Made by a program: the position numbers and the translations under genes. From Phycisphaerae bacterium (GTDB taxonomy: Bacteria > Planctomycetota > Phycisphaerae > UBA1845 > PWPN01), in contig DATIKE010000155.1 in NCBI GenBank assembly GCA_035477895.1, positions 5,045 to 69,044 of the forward strand: a stretch of DNA of 64,000 bases, given 5' to 3'. Below are positions 11,080 to 20,840 of the stretch, piece after piece. Each line of letters starts with the position of its first letter. Position 1 is the stretch's first letter. Under the pieces are notes generated by a model that ran no database searches, had not been told where the DNA came from, and was given only the letters and a program-made list of their open reading frames with translations.

Positions 11080-11124
11080 GGCGGCCACTCTCACAGCGGG
11101 TGCGGCCGCCGCTGGAGAGTTAGC

Positions 11125-11862
11125 ATGGCGAAGATTTCCGTGATCGTGGTAGCGGCCGGCAAGGGAACGCGATTCGGCGGGAAGGAAAAAAAGATCCTGG
11201 CCAAGGTCGACGGCCAGCCGATGTTCCTGCGCTCGCTGCAGCAGTTCATCAACCGCGAGGACGTGCTGGAGACGATCCTGGTGGTGTCGCCCGACGATGA
11301 AGGGCTGATCAAGGAGAAGTACGGGGCAAACCTGGGTTTCCTGGGCGTCAAGATGGCCGCGGGCGGAGCCGCCCGGGTCGACTCAGTGGCCAACGGCCTG
11401 GCCCGGCTGTCGGAGGATGCCGAGTACGTGGCCATCCACGACGCCGCCCGGCCGTGCGTCTCCCAGGACATGATCGACCGGGTGTTCGCCGAGGCGGGCA
11501 AAACGGGGGCCGCCATCCTGGCCGCACCACTCCGAGGCACGATCAAGCGGGCCAGCGGCGCGGGGGTGATCGACGAGACGGTCTCCCGGGAAGGGCTCTG
11601 GGAGGCCCAGACGCCCCAGGTCTTCAAGCGAGACCTGATCGAGCAGGCCTACGCCCAGCGCAACCAGGTCCAGGGCGAGCCCACGGATGACGCCCAACTG
11701 GTCGAAGCCCTGGGGCACCCGGTGCAGGTGGTCGCGAGCGACCTGTCGAATCTCAAGATCACCAGCCAGGGGGACCTCAGCCTGGCCAACGCCCTGCTTA
11801 AAGGCCGACCCGCCCCACGGCCCAAAGGGCCGCTCCGCCCGTTCGAGGAAGCCCAGTGGTAA
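11125..11862 (+). CDS. ispD: 2-C-methyl-D-erythritol 4-phosphate cytidylyltransferase
   Basis: MAKISVIVVAAGKGTRFGG...VAIHDAARP...EAQTPQVF is the characteristic IspD signature. Confidence 0.9.
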   Translation: MAKISVIVVAAGKGTRFGGKEKKILAKVDGQPMFLRSLQQFINREDVLETILVVSPDDEGLIKEKYGANLGFLGVKMAAGGAARVDSVANGLARLSEDAEYVAIHDAARPCVSQDMIDRVFAEAGKTGAAILAAPLRGTIKRASGAGVIDETVSREGLWEAQTPQVFKRDLIEQAYAQRNQVQGEPTDDAQLVEALGHPVQVVASDLSNLKITSQGDLSLANALLKGRPAPRPKGPLRPFEEAQW

Positions 11863-12253
11863 GCCGCAAGGCCGGCGGCCGCGATGTGCACGGCCGGCCG
11901 TTGCCCGGATGGGAAGAACGAAGGGATCGGAAATCCTCCGGGAAACGGTCTTGCCGGACCGAGATACTTATATCGGCCCTTCCGGTGCGGTGGGCTCAAC
12001 AGGCAAAAGAGAAACGCTGGAAGACTCCCGGCCCCCTGCCCGGCCGAAGAAGTCAAACGGCGCATCTTGACGGTACGGCCGACTTGTGCTTAATGTAATT
12101 CCATTGTCCGAACAGCACTTAGGGCGGTTTCGCCCTTGGCGTGGCGGCCGATCGCCGAAGTGGCGTGGTTCGAGGCGTCGGCGGCTGCCACGCAAAACAT
12201 GAAACGGCATGACGAACTCTAGATGCGATGCTACGTCGCAGGAGGCGGACGTG

Positions 12254-13150
12254 ATGTCCACGATCGCACAGCGGATCGCGAGGCCCGGGATCCTGATGCT
12301 CGGCATGATGCTGGCTGCGGGTCTTACCGGCGGATGCAAAACGGATGAGCTGGCCAACCCCAAGCGGGAGCGCGCCGAGGGGCCGACGACCAGCCTCGAG
12401 AACCCCCCGCAAATCCGGGTGCCCGATATTCCGATCGCCGACCGCACCGAGGTCGACCTGGTCGAGGAGATGATGCTGCACCGGACGATGTACGCCCGGT
12501 ACCTCCGGGCACTGGTGCAGTTCTACTCCGAGCACGGCAACAACGAGAAGGCCACGTGGGCCCGCACCGAGCTGAGCGACCTGACCCTTCACGTGAAGCC
12601 CTATTCTTACGTGCCCGATGCCGAACTGCCCGCGGCCAAGATCGGCCCGACAACCTCCATCGCCGAGGCCGACAAGCTCTATAACGACGGCATGGCCCTC
12701 ATGAAAAAGGGCGGCCACGGCTTCCCGGCCCTCTTCAACCAGGAAACCATGAAGCAGGCCCTGGCCAAGCTGAAGGAGCTGGTCAACAGGTTTCCAAGCA
12801 GCGACAAGACCGACGACGCCTGCTTCTTCATCGGGGAGATTCACAAGGAATACTTCGAGGAGAAAGACAACACGATCGCCGTCGAGTGGTACAAGCGGGC
12901 GCTGGACCTGAACCCCAGGACGCCGCACCCGGTCCGTTTCCAGACCGCGGTGATTTACGATTACCGCCTGCACGAGCGGGAAGAGGCCCTCAGGTGGTAT
13001 AATCGCGTGCTGACCGAGGAGCCGGACATGGAGAAGAGCAACACCGAGTTCGCCAAGCTCCGGATTCGGCAGCTCACCACGGAGGAAACGCGGAACGCCC
13101 CGGCCGAGATTCCACCGGAGCCCGGCAGGGTTGCCCCGCAACCCAAGTGA
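12254..13150 (+). CDS. TPR-repeat lipoprotein
   Basis: Start MSTIAQRIARPGILMLGMMLAAGLTGGC (lipobox LTGGC) with AGGAGG upstream. TPR-like helices are present (WYKRALDLNP, ALRWYNRVLTEEP). Confidence 0.7.
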   Translation: MSTIAQRIARPGILMLGMMLAAGLTGGCKTDELANPKRERAEGPTTSLENPPQIRVPDIPIADRTEVDLVEEMMLHRTMYARYLRALVQFYSEHGNNEKATWARTELSDLTLHVKPYSYVPDAELPAAKIGPTTSIAEADKLYNDGMALMKKGGHGFPALFNQETMKQALAKLKELVNRFPSSDKTDDACFFIGEIHKEYFEEKDNTIAVEWYKRALDLNPRTPHPVRFQTAVIYDYRLHEREEALRWYNRVLTEEPDMEKSNTEFAKLRIRQLTTEETRNAPAEIPPEPGRVAPQPK

Positions 13151-13198
13151 GCCGTTTCCGCCCCGGCCGATGTTCTTCGGCTGAAATAACGATTCAAG

Positions 13199-13237
13199 CC
13201 GCCGCGATGGGATCACCCGTCGCGGCGGTTCTGCTTT
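13199..13237 (+). terminator. Intrinsic terminator after the TPR lipoprotein gene
   Basis: 9-bp GC stem ccgccgcga / tcgcggcgg (13199-13207 / 13220-13228) followed by ttctgcttt. Confidence 0.55.
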
Positions 13238-13333
13238 GACGACTTTTCCTCGCCAACGGCAGACTGTACTATCTATCTGGCCCGTAGCCCGACGCGGAGG
13301 GCGGCACGACAAGAACCCCGGAAGGAGGATTTC

Positions 13334-14179
13334 ATGAAATTGGCCACCTGCAACGAGCCCTGGCGGGAGACACCGGTCGAGGAAGTGTTCCCGATCGCGG
13401 CTGAACTGGGTTTTGACGGCGTCGAGATCGCCCCGTTCACGATCGCCGAGAACGCGGCCGACATCCCACCCGACCGCCGGCGGCGGATCGTCAAGGCCGC
13501 GGCCGACGCCGGCGTCGAGATCGTCGGGCTGCACTGGCTGTTCATCTCGCCCAAGGGACTGCACCTGACCACGCCGGACGCGGCCGTCCGCCGACAGGCG
13601 GCCGACTACCTGAAACACCTGGCCGACTTCTGCGGCGACCTCGGCGGGAAGGTCATGATCTTCGGCTCGCCCAAACAGCGTCATATCGAGCCGCCGACCA
13701 CCTATGCCGACGCCTGGGCCCGGGCCGGGGAGGTGTTCAGCGCCGCGGCCGACACCCTGGCCGCCCGGGGGGTGACGCTCTGCATCGAGGCCCTGGCCCC
13801 GGCGGAGACGAACTTCATCCAGACGCTCGACGAGTCCACGAAGCTGGCCGACGAGATCGGCCATCCGAACATCGACGTCATGATCGACTGCAAGGCGATG
13901 TCGTCCATGCCCGACGGCGTGGTCGGCACGATCCGCCGATTCGGAAAACGGGCGAAACACTTTCACGCCAACGAAGCGGGCGGCAAGGGCGTGGGCATGC
14001 CGATCGGGCCCGGCGAACCTCCGGCCATCGACTTTGCCGCCGTTATGAAGGCATTGGTCGAGACCGGCTACGACCGCTGGGTCTCGGTTGAACCGTTCGA
14101 CTACAAGCCGGACCCGACCACGGTGGCGAGAACAGCGATCGAGACACTCAAGAGCGCTCTGGCCTCCGCGAAGGCTTGA
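13334..14179 (+). CDS. Sugar phosphate isomerase/epimerase (xylose isomerase-like TIM barrel)
   Basis: 281 aa. MKLATCNEPW..., GFDGVEIAP and IEALAPAETNFI give the typical AP-endonuclease-2/TIM-barrel pattern. Confidence 0.8.
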   Translation: MKLATCNEPWRETPVEEVFPIAAELGFDGVEIAPFTIAENAADIPPDRRRRIVKAAADAGVEIVGLHWLFISPKGLHLTTPDAAVRRQAADYLKHLADFCGDLGGKVMIFGSPKQRHIEPPTTYADAWARAGEVFSAAADTLAARGVTLCIEALAPAETNFIQTLDESTKLADEIGHPNIDVMIDCKAMSSMPDGVVGTIRRFGKRAKHFHANEAGGKGVGMPIGPGEPPAIDFAAVMKALVETGYDRWVSVEPFDYKPDPTTVARTAIETLKSALASAKA

Positions 14180-14195
14180 TGATCAGGAGTAGAAC

Positions 14196-15440
14196 GTGCG
14201 TACGAATCGGTTTCATCTGACAATCGCTTGCGGCATCCTGGCAACCGCGATATCGACATCGTTGACCCGCGGCGCGGACACCCAGTGCAGCCATGCTCCT
14301 GTCGCCGGGCCGGTCTGCCTGAAGCCGCCCAAGGCGGTCGAGCCGCTCAAGGAATATCGCCTGGACTCGACGCAAGGGCCCTTCATGGCCCAGACCGATG
14401 CCGACGGCAGGCTCTGGGCGTGGGGACGGGTTTTGATGAAGGACGGCAAGGCTTACTTTGCCCCGGCACCCTCGCCGATGGACTGCCCCGACGCCGGCGT
14501 GAAGGTGACGCAGGTCAAGGATGGGCTGATCGAAATCAAAATCGACGGCAAACTTTTTACCGAGTTCCGCTGGGGCGACGACGAGCCCAAGCCGTTCCTG
14601 TGGCCGGTCATCGGACCAACCGGCGAGCCGGTCACCCGGGCGTATCCGATGAAGGACCTCGAGGCCGAGCGCAAGGACCACATCCACCACCGCTCGATCT
14701 GGACCGCGTGGGGCGACATCCGCACCACCAACCTGAAGGAGCCGGGTTCCAATTACTGGCTCCAGACCAAGGACCCCAGGAAGCAGGATCGCCAGATCGT
14801 GCGGAAGATCGTCCGGACCGTCAGCGGGCCGGTGTTCGGCCAGATCGTCGCCGAGATCGACTGGGTGCACCACTCGGGCAGGCGGGACTTCTCCGAGGTC
14901 CGCACCTACACGTTCCATCGCGGCGACGAGAGCAACCGGATGATCGACGTCCGAAATGTGTTCAAGTTCGACGACGGCGAGGTGATGTTCGCGGACACCA
15001 AGGAGGCGGGCATCCTGTCGATCCGGATCGCGACCAGCATGGACGAAATCACGCTCGACAAGAAGCCGGGGCCGGGCGTCATGCGGAACTCGGTCGGCGG
15101 CAAGGGGTCCGGCGAGTGCTGGGGCCGGCCGGCGGCGTGGTGCGATTACGTCGGCCCGGTCGAAGGGCAAACTATCGGCATCGCGGTGTTCGACAACCCG
15201 AAAAATCCGGGCCACCCGCCGCGATGGCACATTCGTGATTACGGCCTGTTCACGGTGAACCCCTACGGCATCAAGGACTTCCCCGACGGCAAGGGCAAGG
15301 ACGGCTCGCACCTGTTCAAGAAGGGTGAGAAGACGCAATTCGACTACCGGATCGTGATTCACAAGGGCGACACCGACACCGCGAAGGTGGCCGACCAGTA
15401 CAAGCTCTACAGGGACACCCCGACCGCCGCGGTTCCATGA
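14196..15440 (+). CDS. Secreted PmoA-family (DUF6807-like) protein
   Basis: Signal peptide, then LWPVIGPTGEPVTRAYP...DHIHHRSIWTAWGDI...NYW..., recalled as typical of the PmoA/DUF6807 family. GTG start has AGGAG upstream. Confidence 0.65.
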   Translation: MRTNRFHLTIACGILATAISTSLTRGADTQCSHAPVAGPVCLKPPKAVEPLKEYRLDSTQGPFMAQTDADGRLWAWGRVLMKDGKAYFAPAPSPMDCPDAGVKVTQVKDGLIEIKIDGKLFTEFRWGDDEPKPFLWPVIGPTGEPVTRAYPMKDLEAERKDHIHHRSIWTAWGDIRTTNLKEPGSNYWLQTKDPRKQDRQIVRKIVRTVSGPVFGQIVAEIDWVHHSGRRDFSEVRTYTFHRGDESNRMIDVRNVFKFDDGEVMFADTKEAGILSIRIATSMDEITLDKKPGPGVMRNSVGGKGSGECWGRPAAWCDYVGPVEGQTIGIAVFDNPKNPGHPPRWHIRDYGLFTVNPYGIKDFPDGKGKDGSHLFKKGEKTQFDYRIVIHKGDTDTAKVADQYKLYRDTPTAAVP

Positions 15441-15462
15441 CCGTGGAGCAAGGGCGCCAGGC

Positions 15463-16086
15463 ATGTCAGGCAACGAACGACAGCAGGCGTTCGACCGGTT
15501 GTGTCGCGAGGCCGCCCGCTGCCGGCGCTGCCCGCGAATGTCCCGGCGCAAGGCGGTGCTCGGGCCGCTCAACGGGACGTTGAGGCCGAAGGTGCTGTTC
15601 ATCGGCGAGGCTCCCGGCCGACAAGGCGCCGAGATCACCCGTAAGCCTTTCTGCGGTGATGTGTCAGGCCGGAAGTTCGAGATGCTTTTGGCCTCGGCCG
15701 GCCTGTCCCGGGACGATGCTTTCATCACCAACGCCGCCCTGTGCTGCCCGGCCGACGACCGCCGCAACAACACGCCGACGGCCGCCGAGGTCCGCAACTG
15801 CCGGCCCTTCCTGCAACGACTGATCGACCTGCTGGAGCCGCCGGTCGTCGCCACCGTCGGGGCCGTCGCCTTGAAAGCGATCGAGCCCCTGACCGGTTCG
15901 GCGCGAGAAGGGATTCTCGCACCAGCGAGCCGGGGCCTGAAACTCGCCGAGGTGGCGGGCACCGTCATCCGCGGTGCTCGATTTCTGCTGGTGCCGCTGT
16001 ACCACACCAGTCCGCGCGTGCTCAACACGACCCGGAGTTTCGCACAGCAGCAGGCGGACTTTCTGAAACTCCGCGAAGCGATCTGA
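15463..16086 (+). CDS. Uracil-DNA glycosylase family protein (family 4/5-like)
   Basis: CRRCPRM...VLFIGEAPGRQGA...ITNAALCCP...PLYHTSPR are UDG-superfamily motifs. Confidence 0.85.
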   Translation: MSGNERQQAFDRLCREAARCRRCPRMSRRKAVLGPLNGTLRPKVLFIGEAPGRQGAEITRKPFCGDVSGRKFEMLLASAGLSRDDAFITNAALCCPADDRRNNTPTAAEVRNCRPFLQRLIDLLEPPVVATVGAVALKAIEPLTGSAREGILAPASRGLKLAEVAGTVIRGARFLLVPLYHTSPRVLNTTRSFAQQQADFLKLREAI

Positions 16087-16332
16087 TGCCTGATTCAAGG
16101 GCGAGGCGGGCCGAGCCCGCCCTACGGGTCTCTTCGCGGCCTGGCCTGTCGCCGGCGCTCCAGGTTCTGATCACCCGCGCAGACCCAGCCGCATAAACAG
16201 TGACGGATCCCCCAGGGCTTCACCGGTCCCCTGCATTATTGATGGCCCCGGAGAGCGCGGCTATGATGCGGTACTTCGCGGCTTTCGGGGGACGCGCGAG
16301 CCGCAGGAAAACGTCAAACGAAAGGACAGCAC

Positions 16333-17649
16333 ATGCCTGAGCGAAAGAATCTCAGTCGTCGAGCATTCATGAAGGGCGCGGCGGCGGCCGTGGCGGCACC
16401 GTACTTCGTTCCCGCTTCCGCCTTGGGCAAAAGCGGCTGGCTGCCGCCGAGCGAGCGGATCACGGTCGGGTTCATCGGCATCGGCAACATGGGCGGCGGC
16501 CACCTTCGCGGATTTATCGATGACAAGCAACTCCAGGTGGTGGCCGTCTGCGATGTCGACGCCGTCAAGCGCAAGAAGTCCAAGGACAGCGTCGAGGAAA
16601 AGTACGCGACCGACCGACAGGCGGGCACCTTCAAGGGCTGCGACGAATACAACGAGTTCGAGCGGTTGCTGGAGCGCAAGGACATCAACGCGGTGCTGAT
16701 CGCCACGCCGGATCACTGGCATGCGATCATCGCCATTGCCGCGGCCCGCGCGGGCAAGGACATCTACTGCGAAAAGCCGTTGACGCTGACCATCCGCGAG
16801 GCCCAGGCGATGGAGGAGGCGGTCCGTCGGTATGGCCGGGTGTTCCAGACCGGCAGCCAGCAGAGAAGCGACAAGAACTTCCGCCAGGCCTGCGAGCTGG
16901 TCCGCAGCGGGCGCATCGGCAAGCTGCTCAAGGTCAACGTCGGCGTGGGCGGCCCGTCGTCCGAGGCATACCTGCCCGAGCAGCCGGTCCGCGAGGGCCT
17001 GGACTGGGATCGTTGGCTCGGCCCGGCTCCCTGGCAGCCCTACAACGAAGATCGTGGCAGCGGCAGCTACAGCGGGGGGTGGCGGCACATCCGCGATTAC
17101 TCCGGCGGCATGATGACCGACTGGGGCGCCCACCACTTCGACATCGCCCAGTGGGGTCTGGGCATGGACGGCAGCGGACCCGTCGAAGTGATCCCGCCGA
17201 AAACCCCGCCCGCCATCCGACAGACGCCCGATCCCGAGAAAGGCGAGGGCCTCGTATACAAGTACGCCAACGGCGTGCCGGTCTATCACGGCGGAGCGAA
17301 CGGCGTCCTGTTCACCGGCACCGACGGCAAGGTCGAGGTTAACCGCGGCTACTTCCGCACCTGGCCCGACGAGATCGGCCGGGAGCCGCTGGGAGCCAAC
17401 GACGTGCGTCTGTACGAGAGCCCCGGCCACCGGCAGGACTGGATCAACTGCATCCGCACGAGGCAGCGGCCTATCTGCGACGTGGAGATCGGAGCCAGCA
17501 CGATCACCGTCTGCCACCTGGGCAACATCGCGTACTGGCTCGGGCGGCCCATCAAGTGGGACCCGGCCAGACAGGAAATCATCGGCGACGAAGAGGCGAG
17601 CCGCTGGCTGGATCGGCCCAGGCGGGCACCGTGGCACCTTTACCTGTAA
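16333..17649 (+). CDS. Tat-signal Gfo/Idh/MocA family oxidoreductase
   Basis: SRRAFMKGAAAAVAAP twin-arginine signal. GFIGIGNMGGGH Rossmann motif. EKPLTLTIREA motif. Confidence 0.9.
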   Translation: MPERKNLSRRAFMKGAAAAVAAPYFVPASALGKSGWLPPSERITVGFIGIGNMGGGHLRGFIDDKQLQVVAVCDVDAVKRKKSKDSVEEKYATDRQAGTFKGCDEYNEFERLLERKDINAVLIATPDHWHAIIAIAAARAGKDIYCEKPLTLTIREAQAMEEAVRRYGRVFQTGSQQRSDKNFRQACELVRSGRIGKLLKVNVGVGGPSSEAYLPEQPVREGLDWDRWLGPAPWQPYNEDRGSGSYSGGWRHIRDYSGGMMTDWGAHHFDIAQWGLGMDGSGPVEVIPPKTPPAIRQTPDPEKGEGLVYKYANGVPVYHGGANGVLFTGTDGKVEVNRGYFRTWPDEIGREPLGANDVRLYESPGHRQDWINCIRTRQRPICDVEIGASTITVCHLGNIAYWLGRPIKWDPARQEIIGDEEASRWLDRPRRAPWHLYL

Positions 17650-17655
17650 GAGCCC

Positions 17656-17712
17656 ATCCCAAAACCCTGAAATCCGACCGGCTGGAAGCCGGTCCCACAC
17701 GGGTTTTGGGAT
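17656..17712. repeat. REP-like nested palindrome (family 1)
   Basis: atcccaaaaccc ... gggttttgggat (12-bp arms) encloses the hairpin gaccggc-tggaa-gccggtc. Related copies occur at 21634-21750 and 36618-36698. Confidence 0.6.
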
Positions 17713-17769
17713 AGGCTTTAAGTCCCTTGATCGCGACACAAGACGCGGGTCTGAATACGAGGAGCAATC

Positions 17770-19926
17770 ATGAAACGTAAACTTTCGATTCACGCAACGA
17801 TCACGATACTGCTGGTGACGGCGGGCGTTTTCGTGCCGGCCTTCGCGGCCGCCGACGCCGACCTGCGAAAGCACTTTCTGGCCAAGATCGACGAGTTGCT
17901 GCCCGGCATGGGCGCGGAGAACCTCGTCGACCGTGAGAAGCCTCAACAGGCGCTCGAGCGGATGTGCTTTGAGAACAGCGGGCCCGGCAAGGAGACCTGG
18001 CGGGCGGCCCTTTGTGCAGCCATGATGGAGCGGGTCGGCCCGGATGTGGCCAAGCCCGCGCGTGTCTGGCTGCTGCGCAAGGTTGAATCCATCGGCCGCG
18101 GCGAGGTGGTCCCGCGCCTGACCGAGCTGCTGCACGATCCGGACCCGCAGATCCGCGAGGAGGCCCGCCAGGCCCTGCAGAACAATCCGGTCTCCAAGGC
18201 CGGCGCCGCCCTGCGCGACGAGCTGAAGATCGCCGGGGACGACGCCTGGCGCGTCGCACTGATCAACGCCCTGGCGTTTCGGCGCGACCGCGATGCGGTG
18301 TCGCAAATCTCGAAACTTGCCTCTGATCAGAACCAGGACGTGGCCGCGTCGGCAATTGCGGCCCTCGGCTCGATTGCCGACGACAAGTCGATCGCAACCC
18401 TGGCGGTGTTGCGAAAAGAGGCCGCAGCGGAAATGCAGGACGCAGTCGCGGATGCCGGCATCCGGGCCGCTGAAACCCTCGTGACAAAAGGTGACAAACG
18501 CAAGGCGGCCGGCATCTACGAAGAGCTGTTCGCGCCGTCCCGGCCGGAATCCGTCCGCATCGCAGCCCTGCGGGGAATCGCAGCCGCCAAGGGCGCCGAC
18601 GCGATGCCTGAGCTGCTCAAGCTGATGGCCGGCCGGGACGATCGCCTGCGGATGGTCGCCGGGCAGTGCGCCGAGAGTATTCCAGGCAAGCAGGTCACGA
18701 CGCGGTTGATCGACGCCCTGGCCGATGCTTCGTCCGACGCCCAAGTTGTCCTGCTCGATGTCCTGGGTCGGCGCGGTGACAAGGCGGCCCTGCCGGCAGT
18801 CATGAAGTCCGTCGAGTCGACCTCGCCGGAGGTGCGAGTCGCCGCCGTCGGCGCGTTGCGTCACATCGGCAACGGCTCGAACGTTGAGATGCTCGCCGCA
18901 TTGGCGGCCCAATCCACCGACGCGGAACGCGACGCCGCGCGCGAGACTCTCGCACGAATGCGCGGACAGGACGTGGATGACGCGATCCTGAAGCTGATCC
19001 CCTCGGTCGCCGACCGTGTGAAGGCTGAACTGGTTCGGGCCGCCGCGGCGCGGTTCATGAAGCCCGCGTTCGATATCCTGCTGCAGAACACCAACGATGC
19101 CGACGAATCCGTTCGCGTGCTGGTGATCGACAGCATCGGCCGGCTCGCGCGACCGAAGGATTTGCCCGGCGTCCTCAAGGCCTTCGCGAAACTCGACGGA
19201 GACCGGGCCTGCAAAGCCGCCAGGAACGCCCTGGTGGAGATTTGCAGATATCTGCCCGATGCCGACCAGCAATCGAAGCCGCTGATCGACGCGATGGGTT
19301 CCGCGGAACCCTCCGCCCAGGTGCTGATACTTCAGGCGGTGGCTGAGCTGCGCGGAGAAGGCGCGTTGGACACCATCCGCAAATCCGTGCAGTCCGACAA
19401 CCCGCAGGTCAAACAGGCGGCGGCCAAGGCCCTGTCTGACTGGGGCCCGTTCTACTGCGCGCAATGGGTGTTCGCCGGGCCCTACAAGAAAGAAGGCGCC
19501 AAAAGCAAAGATATCTTTGATGTGGCCTTCGCTCCCGAAGACGCCAACGCGACCGTGGAATGGAAGCCGCTGGCCCGAGGCCAAAAGGCCAGGGAAGATC
19601 AGATCGATCTGGATCGCATCGGCAATGAGCAGGACTGCTGTGCCTACCTGCGGACCCAGGTGTGGTCGGAGACGGACCAGGAAGTGACGCTGACCTTCGG
19701 CAGCGACGACGGCATCAAGGCCTGGCTCAACGGGGCCGTGGTCCACGCCAACAACACCACCCGCGGCTGCCAGCCCAACGAGGACCAAGTCCCCGCGAAG
19801 CTGAAAAAAGGCTGGAATGTGCTGATGGTCAAGGTAACCCAGGGCGACGGCAACTGGGCGTTCTCGTGCGGAATCAAGGCGGCCGAGGGCGGACCGCCTG
19901 CGGGCATCAAGTGCGAGGCGCGATGA
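17770..19926 (+). CDS. Secreted HEAT-repeat protein with a C-terminal beta-sandwich-like domain
   Basis: Signal peptide followed by more than 10 HEAT-like repeats (LLHDPDPQIREEARQAL, LASDQNQDVAASAIAALG, VQSDNPQVKQAAAKAL). The C-terminus reads ...GSDDGIKAWLNGAVV...GWNVLMVKVTQGDGNWAFSC. Confidence 0.75.
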   Translation: MKRKLSIHATITILLVTAGVFVPAFAAADADLRKHFLAKIDELLPGMGAENLVDREKPQQALERMCFENSGPGKETWRAALCAAMMERVGPDVAKPARVWLLRKVESIGRGEVVPRLTELLHDPDPQIREEARQALQNNPVSKAGAALRDELKIAGDDAWRVALINALAFRRDRDAVSQISKLASDQNQDVAASAIAALGSIADDKSIATLAVLRKEAAAEMQDAVADAGIRAAETLVTKGDKRKAAGIYEELFAPSRPESVRIAALRGIAAAKGADAMPELLKLMAGRDDRLRMVAGQCAESIPGKQVTTRLIDALADASSDAQVVLLDVLGRRGDKAALPAVMKSVESTSPEVRVAAVGALRHIGNGSNVEMLAALAAQSTDAERDAARETLARMRGQDVDDAILKLIPSVADRVKAELVRAAAARFMKPAFDILLQNTNDADESVRVLVIDSIGRLARPKDLPGVLKAFAKLDGDRACKAARNALVEICRYLPDADQQSKPLIDAMGSAEPSAQVLILQAVAELRGEGALDTIRKSVQSDNPQVKQAAAKALSDWGPFYCAQWVFAGPYKKEGAKSKDIFDVAFAPEDANATVEWKPLARGQKAREDQIDLDRIGNEQDCCAYLRTQVWSETDQEVTLTFGSDDGIKAWLNGAVVHANNTTRGCQPNEDQVPAKLKKGWNVLMVKVTQGDGNWAFSCGIKAAEGGPPAGIKCEAR

Positions 19927-19952
19927 GGCAGGGCCCCGAAGCGCGGTGATCA

Positions 19953-20840
19953 TCAGCCCAACCGGCTCTCGACGCGGGTCCGGCGGGCCGCCTGGCAAAT
20001 CCGCGACCGCACGTCGCACCTGTATCTTTGACGAAAAGCGGGGTCGAAGAGCACGCGGCGATACAGCTCATACAGGTCCGGGCAGTGCCGACGGAGGACC
20101 TGCTGGACGGCCGGCCAGACTCGCGGGCGGGCGTTCAGCGGGTCGGTCCAGATGCGGTCCACGCGGGCCTCTGCCGCCAGGGAGAACAGCCGCCGCAGGG
20201 CGTCATCCGTGTCGCTGATCCCCGGAAGCAGCGGGCCGAACATCACCGCCGTCTCCAGGCCGGCCGACCTGGCCTGACGCAACACCTCGATGCGGTCGGC
20301 CACGCTGGAAGCGCCCGGTTCCCACGCGCGGGCCCAGGATTCATCCGGCGTGGTGATCGTCACGCCCAACCTCACCGGGCGACCGGCGAACACATCCAGA
20401 TCGCGCAGCGCCAGCCGGCTCTTGGTCAGCACGGTCAGCGAAAACCCGGCCTGCAGCAGCAATCGACAACACTCGCGCGTGAGTTGATACCGCTCCTCGA
20501 CCCGCTGCCAGCCGTCACACGCGCTGCAGGTGAACACCGAACCGGCCGGCGAGCGGCGGAGTTGCCTTGTCAGCACCTCGGCGGCGTTGATCCGTACATC
20601 AACGAAACGACCCCACTCCTCGTCATGCGGATGAAACCGCTGCATGAAACGCGCGTAGCAATACCCGCACCCGTGGGCGCACCCGACATAGCAGTTGAAC
20701 GAATAGTCGGCGATGCCGCATCGGTTGAGCAGCGAACGGCAGCGCACCTCGCGCACGACCACGCCGTCCTGAAGATATTGCCTCGCGGGCGGGTCGGTGT
20801 TTCCCAGGTCGAACAGCGATTCCTGCCGCTCCTCAGTCAT
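19953..20840 (-). CDS. Radical SAM protein (SplB / DNA-photolyase-like family)
   Basis: CYVGCAHGCGYCYARF is a CxxxCxxC cluster motif. The start ATG at 20840 overlaps the upstream stop as ATGA. Confidence 0.8.
   Translation of the reverse strand: MTEERQESLFDLGNTDPPARQYLQDGVVVREVRCRSLLNRCGIADYSFNCYVGCAHGCGYCYARFMQRFHPHDEEWGRFVDVRINAAEVLTRQLRRSPAGSVFTCSACDGWQRVEERYQLTRECCRLLLQAGFSLTVLTKSRLALRDLDVFAGRPVRLGVTITTPDESWARAWEPGASSVADRIEVLRQARSAGLETAVMFGPLLPGISDTDDALRRLFSLAAEARVDRIWTDPLNARPRVWPAVQQVLRRHCPDLYELYRRVLFDPAFRQRYRCDVRSRICQAARRTRVESRLG

Noticed and set aside
12119-13966. 615-aa minus-strand ORF
   Set aside because: It is antisense to the TPR lipoprotein and TIM-barrel genes and spans their terminator. 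No motifs are present.
16261-20019. 1252-aa minus-strand ORF
   Set aside because: It is antisense to two well-supported plus-strand genes (the Tat oxidoreductase and the HEAT-repeat protein) and crosses a REP element. Its composition is arginine/glycine-rich shadow-ORF junk.
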